Assembly (NCBI RefSeq): GCF_009914755.1
Contig: NC_060931.1
Source: the human T2T-CHM13v2.0 reference genome, Homo sapiens
Length of the DNA: 64,000 bases
Strand: one strand, 5' to 3'
A model generated the notes under the pieces. That model searched no databases. It was given only the letters and a program-made list of their open reading frames with translations, and had not been told where the DNA came from. A program made the position numbers and the translations under genes. Below, in pieces: positions 63,660 to 64,000 of the stretch; the first letter of the stretch is position 1, and the number at the start of each line of letters is the position of its first letter.

Positions 63660-63955
63660 ATTTACAAAGCCACTATTACAATATCAAATTCAAGATATTG
63701 GCACTGATATAATCTACCTGTCTTACACAGATTTACCTGTTTTTGCTTATACTCATCTGTAGGTGTTTGTGTGTGTATTCAGTCTGTACAATTTTATCAC
63801 ATAGTGGTTTCATGTATCCACCACAGCTAAGAGAAAGAACACTTCCATCACCACTAGGTTTCTTTCTATTGCTCTTTTATAATCACGTCAACCTCCCTCC
63901 CCACAAAAGTTTTCCATCTCTGTCCCTTGCGGACCACTAATCTCTCTTCCATGTT
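63660..63955 (-). mobile_element. L1MB/MC-like 3' fragment
   Basis: 'acaattttatcacatagtggtttcatgtatccaccacag...gaacacttccatcacca...accactaatctctcttccat'. Confidence 0.7.
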
Positions 63956-64000
63956 TAACAAACTATGGCACATCCATACTATTGAATACTTCTTAGCAAC

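Overview
AT-rich, repeat-dense primate genomic DNA. AluY, L1PA4/5-like and HERV-W LTR17 elements point to a catarrhine, probably human or ape; the window looks intronic or intergenic. I can support no protein-coding gene. The ORF track is explained by Alu, L1 or LTR sequence or by chance, and the only recognisable peptides are dead L1 ORF2p pieces and a dead ERV-L integrase scrap. Content: about 20 Alus, L1/L2/L3(CR1)/MIR fragments, ERV1/MaLR/ERVL solo LTRs (several with intact target-site duplications, TSDs), hAT and Tigger MITEs, microsatellites and a Y4 RNA retropseudogene. Most notable: a full-length HERV-W solo LTR with intact promoter motifs but an altered poly(A) signal; an LTR-less ERV-L integrase fragment between 10-bp direct repeats; two, possibly three, twin-primed L1 inversions; an L1-L1 inverted repeat; and several short tandem duplications. 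I found no convincing novel biological system. Subfamily names come from recalled consensus sequences and need RepeatMasker/Dfam confirmation.
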